DNA from: an uncultured Rhodobacterales bacterium
GTDB taxonomy: Bacteria > Pseudomonadota > Alphaproteobacteria > Rhodobacterales > Rhodobacteraceae
Reading direction: 5' to 3'
NCBI GenBank assembly: GCA_964351135.1
Contig: CAYGNB010000001.1
Span: 1-40,039, forward strand
DNA: 40,039 nt
The translations under genes were made by a program, and so were the position numbers. Below the pieces are notes generated by a model that was given only the letters and a program-made list of their open reading frames with translations, was not told the DNA's origin and did not search any database. Positions 1-8,163 of the stretch are shown here, piece by piece (within the stretch, counting starts at the first letter, position 1; every line of letters starts with the position of its first letter).

Positions 1-2
1 TT

Positions 3-218
3 CATGAGAGCGCCGAGAGGTATCACAAAGAGCGATATGACGCCCTTCTCGCCGATAATGAACGGCTAAGGACCGCTCTGCGGAACATAGCCGTGCACCG
101 GCAGGTGTGCCACGAATACGACGATGATGCCGGTCATGTACGCCGCGTTTTCGACGGGGAGGATTTGCGTCTCATAGAGCTGACGGCTCGGGAAGCCCTC
201 AAGGGGAGCAGCAAATGA
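3..218 (+). CDS. Hypothetical phage protein, 5'-truncated (..HESAERYHKERYDALLADNERLRTALRNIA..EALKGSSK)
   Basis: Open frame from the window edge; stop overlaps next start (ATGA at 215-218). Confidence 0.7.
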   Translation, partial: HESAERYHKERYDALLADNERLRTALRNIAVHRQVCHEYDDDAGHVRRVFDGEDLRLIELTAREALKGSSK

Positions 219-451
219 ACGAGAAAAAATTCTTCCCTTTGTGCGAAGAGAATGCCGAGCCAGCACCCGGCTCTATAGCGACAGCCGCACTAAGGTTTTG
301 CTCTATTTGTGACGTGTGTATTGCTGGTATGGGCGGCCCCGGAAACGGATCAATATGTTACGAGTGTGGGACACTCATCAGACGAGGACAGATCAAAATT
401 GACCGAGATAAAGTCCTTATCGCCATCAAGGAAATCGAGGCAAGCCGATGA
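215..451 (+). CDS. Cys-rich hypothetical protein (CxxC motifs, possible Zn finger)
   Basis: GGAG RBS; ATGA coupling at both ends; CSIC and CYEC. Confidence 0.7.
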   Translation: MNEKKFFPLCEENAEPAPGSIATAALRFCSICDVCIAGMGGPGNGSICYECGTLIRRGQIKIDRDKVLIAIKEIEASR

Positions 452-648
452 GCGTCAGCGCCGATACCGTCGAAGCCCTGTACGCCGTCGAGGCGGCATG
501 GGATCACTGCCAGGAGGTGTGCGATCACCGTAACCCAAGCCGCGACGATGAGGGCCAAGGGCGCATCTGCGAACACCCCGACAACACCAGCGGCATGGAG
601 CAGATTTGTGGGGATAAGTCAGGAAAACATACACTAAGCGCACGTTAA
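448..648 (+). CDS. Hypothetical protein, possibly C-terminally truncated
   Basis: GAGG RBS and ATGA coupling; 3' end runs into AT-rich att arm sequence. Confidence 0.55.
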   Translation: MSVSADTVEALYAVEAAWDHCQEVCDHRNPSRDDEGQGRICEHPDNTSGMEQICGDKSGKHTLSAR

Positions 649-670
649 GCAATAGGTATGTGTTTGATGT

Positions 671-691
671 TGGTGCCCAGGAGAGGACTCG
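671..691 (-). other. att core (attP-like) identical to a tRNA-Leu 3' end, CGAGTCCTCTCCTGGGCACCA
   Basis: Reverse complement gives the T-arm 3' half, acceptor stem and CCA as recalled for alphaproteobacterial tRNA-Leu; AT-rich flanks; lies where transcription converges. Confidence 0.85.
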
Positions 692-854
692 TCTACCGCA
701 ACGCACCCAATTGTTAAAAAATACATTTATAGATTAATCACGCAATTTCATATCATCGGGCGTGATATAATCGTGATCGAGGTCAGAGACCGTCATTCTC
801 TCTTCGTGCCCCACGCAGACAGACACGCATCGGATGCGAAGAAGGTAAAGCGGG

Positions 855-1472
855 CTATTTGGACTTTTCGATTGAAAGGAATTCTGCGCGGGATTCAGCG
901 CGGTTTCCGCGAATGATGCTGCGCAGGTCGCCGTTGCGGGACGGCGCCGCATCCGCCTCGACCAGTTCACGGATGCGGTCGTGGAAAAATCCCGCATCGC
1001 CGGTCGGCCCTCCGTTTTGCCACACGACAAACTCTTGCTCAGTTTCCTTGATTTCCGGCCTGTTGTGCGACCAACTCATAGGAACGAAATGAACGCGTTG
1101 CGCGCCGCTATAGAATGGCTTGTCTTCGCTAATCAGGCAGGGTTTTAACGTGATTTTGGTCAGGACCATGATGTCGGCGTTGATGCCTTCCAGCGTGGCG
1201 ATGCTGTCTTGAGCGTCAAGCAGAGCGAAGCGCGCACTTGTGCCAAACCCATAATAGTCGTTGTGTGTTCCGAAGTTTCGAAGCCGAAGGCCATTGTACT
1301 CGACAATGACTTTGCTTTCTTCGCTGGCCAGCATGAATACCGGAAGTTCAAAGGTGTGCCTGTCGCCGGGCAAGTTCGCGGCCTTAGCCGAGAATGCGAC
1401 GTTGCCGACGTCAATCAATGGCCCGTTTTCGTCGCATGATGTCCAGTCGCGCATTCTTGCCTCCGGGTTCAA
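855..1472 (-). CDS. Hypothetical protein
   Basis: 205-aa ORF overlapping the upstream stop; start uncertain. Confidence 0.7.
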   Translation of the reverse strand: MNPEARMRDWTSCDENGPLIDVGNVAFSAKAANLPGDRHTFELPVFMLASEESKVIVEYNGLRLRNFGTHNDYYGFGTSARFALLDAQDSIATLEGINADIMVLTKITLKPCLISEDKPFYSGAQRVHFVPMSWSHNRPEIKETEQEFVVWQNGGPTGDAGFFHDRIRELVEADAAPSRNGDLRSIIRGNRAESRAEFLSIEKSK

Positions 1473-1780
1473 TTGGACTGGTTAAATTCGAGGCGGCAAA
1501 CGGCGTGAGGGTAGTGACCTCGCCACTGGCCTAAGAGGTGGTCGCCGTCTGCGAGTTCATACATCGGAAGCCAATCGTATTCGTCCCACAGCCTGTGCGT
1601 CGTCCGGTAGGCAGCGCCCAAAGCGGCGCAATCTGTATGAGCCTTAAACGTCCAAACCTGCGACCCGTCCGCGTTGACTTGGCGAAGGTAGACCTCGCCC
1701 TTCGGGATGGTGCGCCCACATTCCTCGCAACGGTGAGGTTTGCGGGCAGGGCCTATCTTTTCGCTGATAGTTGAGATCAT
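1469..1780 (-). CDS. Zn-finger-like phage protein (ARKPHRCEECGRTIPKGE..HxDC)
   Basis: GGAGG RBS; CxxC..HxxC motif common in phage proteins. Confidence 0.8.
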   Translation of the reverse strand: MISTISEKIGPARKPHRCEECGRTIPKGEVYLRQVNADGSQVWTFKAHTDCAALGAAYRTTHRLWDEYDWLPMYELADGDHLLGQWRGHYPHAVCRLEFNQSN

Positions 1781-1794
1781 AGGTGCCTCCGGGG

Positions 1795-2040
1795 TTACTG
1801 GATTGTGGATTTTGCGGCTTTCACCGGGTCGATGATCGAAGGCGCGCCGATAATCGCATCTTCAAAATCGAAGTCGTCATCGCCCATTTCGATGTGCCAA
1901 TCACGGAAGCCGCCCTCGGAGATGTAGAGGCCCAATGAGGTGGGCTGCCTGCCATGTGTCTTTGCCATCTCATCCCAGAATGTCCGTGACTTCTTTGCGC
2001 TTTTGGGCGGACGTGAAGTGTAGTGAAATATGCAGCGCAT
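1795..2040 (-). CDS. Hypothetical protein (MRCIFHYT..)
   Basis: TGATG coupling with upstream gene; GAGGTG RBS. Confidence 0.7.
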   Translation of the reverse strand: MRCIFHYTSRPPKSAKKSRTFWDEMAKTHGRQPTSLGLYISEGGFRDWHIEMGDDDFDFEDAIIGAPSIIDPVKAAKSTIQ

Positions 2041-2324
2041 CAGGTGGCCACCTCGTAGACGTAGCCGCCCTTTGCGCGGCGAGTGCTGCCCAAGTTTCTG
2101 GGGTAAATACGGATGCGTCCCGCCAGCAGTGCCGCGTCGATCTGCGCCTGGACGAACTCGGCGGGCGTTGCGCGAAACCATCTGACGACTTGCGCGGATG
2201 TTACCGGCGTCTTGCGTGGGCCGCGGATGCCGCGAACGAAACGTATAATTTCGCTTTGGCAGGCTTTTGCCCCGTCGATCTTGAGGCCGGGGGCGCTGTA
2301 GTCGATTGCGTGTGCGGTTTGCAT
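2040..2324 (-). CDS. Basic protein, possible winged-helix DNA binder (MQTAHAID..GGYVYEVAT)
   Basis: GGAG RBS before ATG 2324; helix-helix-wing-like pattern; fold is inference. Confidence 0.65.
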   Translation of the reverse strand: MQTAHAIDYSAPGLKIDGAKACQSEIIRFVRGIRGPRKTPVTSAQVVRWFRATPAEFVQAQIDAALLAGRIRIYPRNLGSTRRAKGGYVYEVAT

Positions 2325-2356
2325 TGCTCGTCTCCAGATTGCGTCTTTCTGTATGA

Positions 2357-2410
2357 TGTAAGATAACATTGCCGCTTGACCCGCGCAACGCCTTTCTTTA
2401 CTTTGTAAGA
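2357..2410. promoter_or_regulatory. Overlapping divergent sigma70-type promoters flanked by TGTAAGA direct repeats
   Basis: Plus: TTGACC(2376)-17-TACTTT; minus: TTGCGC(2388)-17-TATCTT; TGTAAGA at 2357 and 2404. Confidence 0.6.
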
Positions 2411-2436
2411 AAATTGAAAGAAAGCAGCGCGATCCA

Positions 2437-2919
2437 ATGCCCAGTAAGGAAACCCCGTCCAAATCCAACAAGTTCGCCTTGGTGACGCTGCATCCGTGGC
2501 TTCCGAGCGAGGCGACGCAGATCGCGCAGGCCCGCACATGGGGCATCCCCGAGGACTTACTGGGCGAGGCCGATGTGTCGCCGGTATTCGTTGAGGACGT
2601 GCGCAAAGCCAAGAGAACGACAAATTGGCCGGGCAAGTTGCCCCTGCGCGCTGACCTCTTCAAGCGCATGGCGGCGCTTAAGCTCAATGGCGGGCAGGTG
2701 TTTTTCTCTACGCCACTCGCGGTCGGGTTCTCCGAGAAACACGCGCGGCATACCCTCGATCAGTGCTTCGGCATTGGCATGTCGGTCTATATCCACACGC
2801 TGAAAGACAACGGCCCGGCGCTATTCATGCCGGGTGACGATATGGCCGAGTTCATCGCCTCCGTGGGGGCGCTGGCAAACGCAGCAGCGGTGCGGGCAAC
2901 TCGCGCCCGGAAGTCTTAA
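2437..2919 (+). CDS. Serine resolvase-fold protein lacking catalytic residues and HTH
   Basis: FALVTLHPWLPSEATQ aligns to IGYARVSTxxQxLxxQ; QVFFSTPLAVGFS aligns to TLVVxKLDRLGRS; VFVED, R..L and G-x-x-V pattern and basic helix E retained. Confidence 0.6.
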   Translation: MPSKETPSKSNKFALVTLHPWLPSEATQIAQARTWGIPEDLLGEADVSPVFVEDVRKAKRTTNWPGKLPLRADLFKRMAALKLNGGQVFFSTPLAVGFSEKHARHTLDQCFGIGMSVYIHTLKDNGPALFMPGDDMAEFIASVGALANAAAVRATRARKS

Positions 2920-2931
2920 CAGGAGCGATCA

Positions 2932-3267
2932 ATGGCGACGGAGCTCTACCATAGAACGATGGAATGGGCGGCGCAAAAGCTGGATGCGGATGGCATCGCC
3001 TTGCAGCACAAGGTTTGGGACGCGACTCCTTGGATGGTCGAAGTCTACACCGGACGCATCGGCGAGGAGCGCGATGGCGACATGCGCCTCTGGTGCGAGG
3101 ATGCGTTCGGCGATGAGGCGTGGCCTATCCACGGTCGGCCTGGTGCGTGGCACCGTGGCGGCGCGACCGTTCATGGGTGGACCTGGTTCGGCTTCGAGAC
3201 CGAAGAAATGATGGAGCGGTTTCTGGCCGCATGGCCGGAACCTGTCACTGACGGGCCGGTACAGTAA
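2932..3267 (+). CDS. Trp-rich hypothetical protein
   Basis: AGGAG RBS; 111 aa. Confidence 0.8.
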   Translation: MATELYHRTMEWAAQKLDADGIALQHKVWDATPWMVEVYTGRIGEERDGDMRLWCEDAFGDEAWPIHGRPGAWHRGGATVHGWTWFGFETEEMMERFLAAWPEPVTDGPVQ

Positions 3268-3278
3268 AGGAGCGCGCC

Positions 3279-3506
3279 GTGACCGTAGCCAATGCTTTCA
3301 CCGATCCTCGCACCAAGGTTCCCGCGCCATCGCGTTCCCGCCGTCGCTGCCATTGCGGCTGCGGTAAGCGCGCCTCACACATGGGGCAGGCAAACGGGGT
3401 CACGATGATGATGGGTTGCGAATTGTCCGTGGCGCGGTGGGTCAAAAGCCCTGTGCAGCATCGAGTGGCAGAAATAAGGGCCGCGCAACGCGGGCTGTCT
3501 AAATAG
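3279..3506 (+). CDS. Hypothetical protein with CHCGCG motif
   Basis: AGGAG RBS, GTG start. Confidence 0.75.
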   Translation: MTVANAFTDPRTKVPAPSRSRRRCHCGCGKRASHMGQANGVTMMMGCELSVARWVKSPVQHRVAEIRAAQRGLSK

Positions 3507-3534
3507 GAGGAGCGAGTTATGCCAAGCAAACAGG

Positions 3535-3744
3535 TTGAGGATGTTTATAATGCTCTTTGACAAAGACGACATACCAAGGTCCGCACCAGTGAAGCGGATG
3601 CACGTCGCAGACGCAGGGCAAGGCATGATCGAATTTGAATGCCCGCATTGCGGATACAATAGCGGGTGGATCACGGATGAATGGACTATAACAGAAAACC
3701 GGCGCGGGAATCCGTGCCCTAGATGTAACCCCGAGTCCAACTGA
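3535..3744 (+). CDS. Zn-ribbon protein (CPHC..CPRC)
   Basis: Two CxxC motifs; true start may be 3541 or 3550. Confidence 0.75.
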   Translation: MRMFIMLFDKDDIPRSAPVKRMHVADAGQGMIEFECPHCGYNSGWITDEWTITENRRGNPCPRCNPESN

Positions 3745-3852
3745 TCCCCGGACACCCGATGAAGAGCGGATCGCTTGCGTGTCAAAAAGGAATGAAATTG
3801 AGCCACAAGCGATTTTGTGTTTATCCTGTGAGCCACAAATAGGAGCGCGGCA

Positions 3853-4137
3853 ATGTGTCTAGGGTGTTACAGCGAATACGGGCAGGAAGTTCCCGGCGAG
3901 CAAGCGATAGCGACGGTTCCTCTCATTGCCGCTGTCTACACGGAAAGTTATGTGGGCGGGAGGTTGCACATCATCTTGGATGACTGGAACCTTGAGGACG
4001 TGCACATCCGAGACGTGTTGGCTGAACCAGACCTGACTGACGCAGAACGAGCCTGTGCGTCGGCTCTGGAGGCCATGCCTATCGGACAGCGTGCGGCTGC
4101 GATTGCCATGTACGAACAAGAGATTGGCGACATTTGA
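3853..4137 (+). CDS. Hypothetical phage protein (GGxLHIILDDWNLED motif)
   Basis: AGGAG RBS; motif recalled from other phage hypotheticals. Confidence 0.8.
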   Translation: MCLGCYSEYGQEVPGEQAIATVPLIAAVYTESYVGGRLHIILDDWNLEDVHIRDVLAEPDLTDAERACASALEAMPIGQRAAAIAMYEQEIGDI

Positions 4138-4140
4138 CGA

Positions 4141-6768
4141 TCAATCCAACCCGGTCAGCGGATGATTTTTGACCGCCCGCCAGGCAATCGCCTGCAACCA
4201 ACGTTTGTTATAGCTGGCCAGCGGGCCGGTCCACGCGCCGTTGAAATTGCCGCCGTGAATGTCGCGCAGATCGTGCGGCATTCCGATTGGGCATCGTTTG
4301 AACATCACCGCGTACATCGCGCAGGCGATGGCGTATCTCGCCGGGATCGACGGGTGAATGTCGTCAATCAGCATGTCGGTCGCAAAATCGGTGTAGCTGA
4401 CCGCCTCTGGTCCCAGGTTATCATCCAGTGCACGTTTCAGACCCAACATGACCTGCGCCGCCGGGATCATCTGAATGGTCGTTCCCGGTGTGATCGTGGC
4501 GGTGTAGCCAAGCGCCGGGTGTTCGCCCGTGCGCAGCAGGTTGACGAAATCGGCATTGCGCGGTGCATCGACCGCAATACGTTCCTCCCACGTCAGCGCA
4601 ATATCGGGGTCGGCCTGATCCTCGATATCGCCCTGGCTCGCGGTCCCTGATCGGAAATCCTGCCACGGCTCGTAGACGTAGATATGCGTCACACCGTTAT
4701 CCGCCGCCAGGTTATGCCATTTGACCCACGCGCGAACGTCCTGACCGGTGGTGACGGGCGAGGACGGGCTCGGGATCGGGGTGGCATAGGTGTTGTTCTG
4801 GTAGTCCCATCCGGCCCCCTGAACATGCACGTTCGGCACGCTCTCGGTGAACATCGCGGCCCGCTGGTTGCCTTGGGCCAGCAATGCCCTGGCGTCGATG
4901 GTGGGGATCGTGGCGGCGTTCTCCCACTGGAATTCCAGACCAGCCCCTGCAATCGACTGGTGACTGACCGCGCCGCTGCCGGTGTGCGGGGCATAGCGCA
5001 TGAAATAATCGAGCATATCGACCGACTGATCCATGAGCGAGTGACCCACGGTTGTGATCGGCGTGTTCTCGGTGATCGCATGGCCCGCGTCCGGTCTCGC
5101 GTAGGGCAGTTGTTTGGTCGCATCCGTGGCGTAGTTGCGCACATAGGTATCGAGCGGGTTCACGTCCTCGCGGGTACGCTGCATCCCCCAATTGCCGGAA
5201 TATTCGGTCGTCGGGTCGATATCGTCAAACTCGACAAATACGCCGCCTCCGGCATAGCGCATCAGGTCTTTCAGTTCGCGATGCAGATCGGCCATTTCCT
5301 CGGAGTAGGTCACGGCCTCGAACAGTTCCTGCACGCCCGGTGACGCGGCGTTGACCCCGTTGGTCAGCGGGTTGCCGGGATAATTGGCGAACGCCTCCTG
5401 TAGATCGAGGTGGTCGCTGCCCTCGTAGACAATCGGTTGCAGCCCCTCGGCCAGCGCCAGTTCGTAAACCGAGAATGCCTCGGTGAAATTATTTGGCGCC
5501 ATCTGCGCATCGACGCCCGCGATCATCAACGCCTTGGCCTCGGCCTGCGAGTTTTGCAGCGCGTTCCAGATCGCCGTGCCGCCCTCTACGCTGGCGTAGA
5601 AATCGCGGCTGCCGGGGATGTAGCCCGCCATCGCGATGGTATCGACTTTGGTATGTGGCGCGACCCAATTGGCCGGATCGGCGGTCTGCCAGCGCGGCGC
5701 ATACATCATCTGATAGGTCGGGTGATCCCAATTCTGGGTGGCCAGCATCGGTTTGATGCGGGAATTGCCGACGCCAAACACGACCTCGAACAGATCGACA
5801 ATCTCAACGACCCGTTTGCCGTACCAGTTCATCGCGCTGTCCAGCGAGAAATCGACGCCCCATGCCGCCTCTGCCTGCGCAGAGAGCCAATGCGGCTGGC
5901 GATAGCCCCAATTCCAACACTCGTTCGAATACTCGATATAAGCGGTCAACTCCGGGTCGAGATGATCGTGGATCAACTGCGCCAGTGTGGAGATAAACGC
6001 ATCATTGGCCTGATGCGGGATGCAGAACCAGCCATGGACATGCGCCTCGTTGCACATCTCGATCTGCGCGCGGTATGGAACCACGTTCCACAACTGATGA
6101 TCCATGCCGGGATAATCGTCCCATTCGACGCAGGTGTTGCCGATACCCACGTCGCCCGCGATGCCATCGTTGATCTGCGCCCATTGCATGAACCGGAACA
6201 CGCCCGCATGCTGGTTGTTTTCCAGCATTTTCGGCTCGAACAATTTGCCCTCGGCATATGCCTGCGCGTTCACATCCTCGACGATCCGCAGGTTGCGCGG
6301 CGGATCGGCATAGTTGATGTTGTCGAACTGGATCGCGGCAAACGTCGCGGCCATGTCAAACTCATAGCTGTTGTTCGAGCCGGTGAGATTGGTGACACCG
6401 CCAAACCCGGAAGGAGTCGACCCCGCCCCACCGTCATATTCCAGCGTGAAATGGCCAGCACGATAGCTGATGTCCTGAGGTGTCATGTTGGTATCATCAC
6501 CACAGATCACAAAGCGGCGGGTCGTCTGCCCATTGTCTGCGAGATTGCCCTCGGGCGTCCTCTCGCCCTGCCACTCGCCCTGTTTCGCCCGGTCGATGAA
6601 ACGCGGCGTCATGTGCGGCCATGCCCATGACAGGTTGTAGCCGATGGGTGAGGTCAGGCTGTCCATGTACTCGCCGCTGACCGGTGGAACCGCTGACGCG
6701 ATGCTGACTGCGCTGGACGATCCGAGCAGGAGCGATCGACCGTTCTGTGAGGCTCTGAAAATGAACAT
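4141..6768 (-). CDS. Putative virion-associated polysaccharide-degrading enzyme: glycoside-hydrolase-like domain plus C-terminal SGNH-like domain
   Basis: RFMQW..WFCIPH..YIEYSNECWN..YEG; GHSL..DDIHPS; last gene of the late operon. Confidence 0.7.
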   Translation of the reverse strand: MFIFRASQNGRSLLLGSSSAVSIASAVPPVSGEYMDSLTSPIGYNLSWAWPHMTPRFIDRAKQGEWQGERTPEGNLADNGQTTRRFVICGDDTNMTPQDISYRAGHFTLEYDGGAGSTPSGFGGVTNLTGSNNSYEFDMAATFAAIQFDNINYADPPRNLRIVEDVNAQAYAEGKLFEPKMLENNQHAGVFRFMQWAQINDGIAGDVGIGNTCVEWDDYPGMDHQLWNVVPYRAQIEMCNEAHVHGWFCIPHQANDAFISTLAQLIHDHLDPELTAYIEYSNECWNWGYRQPHWLSAQAEAAWGVDFSLDSAMNWYGKRVVEIVDLFEVVFGVGNSRIKPMLATQNWDHPTYQMMYAPRWQTADPANWVAPHTKVDTIAMAGYIPGSRDFYASVEGGTAIWNALQNSQAEAKALMIAGVDAQMAPNNFTEAFSVYELALAEGLQPIVYEGSDHLDLQEAFANYPGNPLTNGVNAASPGVQELFEAVTYSEEMADLHRELKDLMRYAGGGVFVEFDDIDPTTEYSGNWGMQRTREDVNPLDTYVRNYATDATKQLPYARPDAGHAITENTPITTVGHSLMDQSVDMLDYFMRYAPHTGSGAVSHQSIAGAGLEFQWENAATIPTIDARALLAQGNQRAAMFTESVPNVHVQGAGWDYQNNTYATPIPSPSSPVTTGQDVRAWVKWHNLAADNGVTHIYVYEPWQDFRSGTASQGDIEDQADPDIALTWEERIAVDAPRNADFVNLLRTGEHPALGYTATITPGTTIQMIPAAQVMLGLKRALDDNLGPEAVSYTDFATDMLIDDIHPSIPARYAIACAMYAVMFKRCPIGMPHDLRDIHGGNFNGAWTGPLASYNKRWLQAIAWRAVKNHPLTGLD

Positions 6769-6776
6769 TTGCTATC

Positions 6777-8162
6777 CTACTGTGGCGGGATCAGGGTGAG
6801 GCCCGCAGCCTCTGCCATGCGACCCACGATGTTTTCGCGCTGTCCTGCATTCGGTACGGTGTCCGCCGCCGCCAGCAGGTAGGTGTCGCTGTCTCCGCCG
6901 CCTTCGATACTATCGCTGTCCTGACCGAACAGAGACAGGTTGGTTGTCGATTGCACGGAAACTGCCTCAGCAAGTGTCGTGGTTTCCGGCAGGTGTTCCT
7001 CGCGATGGATCACGAATGTGCGGTCGGTCGCGGTCACGATCAGTTCGAACACGACAATTTCGGTGGTGTTGGATTCTCCCGAGAACCATGCGCCGCTGTT
7101 GGTTTCGAGCATGTGCCCAGCGATCGGGTCAGCATACTGATCGCGACGGATTTTGTAGTAGTCACCGAGATAGAACGGGGCGCTGTTGTAGAACACCGCC
7201 AGAACGTGATCTACGGTGCTGGCGTTGGGGAACTGCATCGCGCCGCAGAGGTAGATATCCCCTGATCGACTGAGCGCCTTCTGCAAATAGCTGTCTCGTG
7301 CCTCGATCCAGTGCAGCGTGCCATCGGTACGATAGGTCGGTCGAAATCCAGAGCTGGCGTTGACGAAATCACCCCCGCCCGCCTGATCCGGCAATACCTG
7401 GATGGGGTCGCCATCCGCGGCAACGGCTGCCCCGCCGGTTGTCTGCAACATCCCGCCAGCCGAGGGATCGACCAGAGTCAGCAGGTTCCCGCCGAGGATG
7501 GATTGAATGGTTCCAACCGGATCATACCCCGGAACCTGCGCCCATTTGGATTTGACCATCTCGATCACTGTAGGGGCAATGGCGTCTATCGCCGCCTCGG
7601 TCAGGTGCAACCCATCCGCCTGATAGATCGAGCGCGGCAGAAATCCAGCAGCAACGTCTGAATCGTCATCGGCATCAACCGCCAGTGCCTCTAGCAGAGG
7701 CCAGATATCAACCACGTTGTCGGCATAGGCACCGCCCAGCACCGCCGTGGAGATTGCGCGAATGTTGTCCGCGCGCGGCTGACCGGTATCCTCCGGACCC
7801 AACCGTTCAGGCACGATTGGCGGAATGTAGACCCACGGTGTCGATCCTGCGTTGGTGTTGATATCGTCGATATTGGACAGAGCGGTCGCGAGGTCGGTGT
7901 AATCCTCGTAGATGCCGTCCCAGAAGATCAGCACGTCATCCGCATAGGTCGCCTGGTTCGACGCAACACGCCCGACTGCGGCTGTCATTGTAGACCCGCC
8001 GATGCCGGTATGCGCCTTGTCGTAACCCCATCCCGCCCGATCAAACCCGGTGTTCAGGTGGCCCGAATAGCTGTCGCCTTCCAGCCATGCACCCGTTGGC
8101 AAACCCACGGTATTGCCCGGCGGCGTGACGGTCGGCCATCTGTGGTTCTGAAATGCCAGCAT
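6777..8162 (-). CDS. SGNH/GDSL hydrolase plus beta-sandwich domain, likely tail spike/fibre
   Basis: GDSYS, GIGGST and DGLHL blocks. Confidence 0.75.
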   Translation of the reverse strand: MLAFQNHRWPTVTPPGNTVGLPTGAWLEGDSYSGHLNTGFDRAGWGYDKAHTGIGGSTMTAAVGRVASNQATYADDVLIFWDGIYEDYTDLATALSNIDDINTNAGSTPWVYIPPIVPERLGPEDTGQPRADNIRAISTAVLGGAYADNVVDIWPLLEALAVDADDDSDVAAGFLPRSIYQADGLHLTEAAIDAIAPTVIEMVKSKWAQVPGYDPVGTIQSILGGNLLTLVDPSAGGMLQTTGGAAVAADGDPIQVLPDQAGGGDFVNASSGFRPTYRTDGTLHWIEARDSYLQKALSRSGDIYLCGAMQFPNASTVDHVLAVFYNSAPFYLGDYYKIRRDQYADPIAGHMLETNSGAWFSGESNTTEIVVFELIVTATDRTFVIHREEHLPETTTLAEAVSVQSTTNLSLFGQDSDSIEGGGDSDTYLLAAADTVPNAGQRENIVGRMAEAAGLTLIPPQ

Positions 8163-8163
8163 T

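Larger units (their letters stand above)
2921..3847 (+). repeat. Dispersed AGGAGCG motif at gene junctions (2921, 3268, 3508, 3841; variant AAGAGCG at 3762)
   Basis: Read directly from sequence. Confidence 0.8.

Noticed and set aside
645-740. CtrA box (TTAA-N7-TTAA) in the att arms
   Set aside because: TTAA tetramers are present but not at 7-bp spacing
600-780. Complete tRNA gene
   Set aside because: Only the last 21 nt match; no D-arm or anticodon arm in the adjacent sequence
2437-2919. Active integrase or invertase acting on the att site or tail fibres
   Set aside because: Catalytic Ser and Arg residues absent; no long inverted repeats seen around the fibre genes
5410-6630. 406-aa plus-strand ORF
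   Set aside because: Antisense shadow of the 875-aa gene; Arg/His-rich nonsense composition
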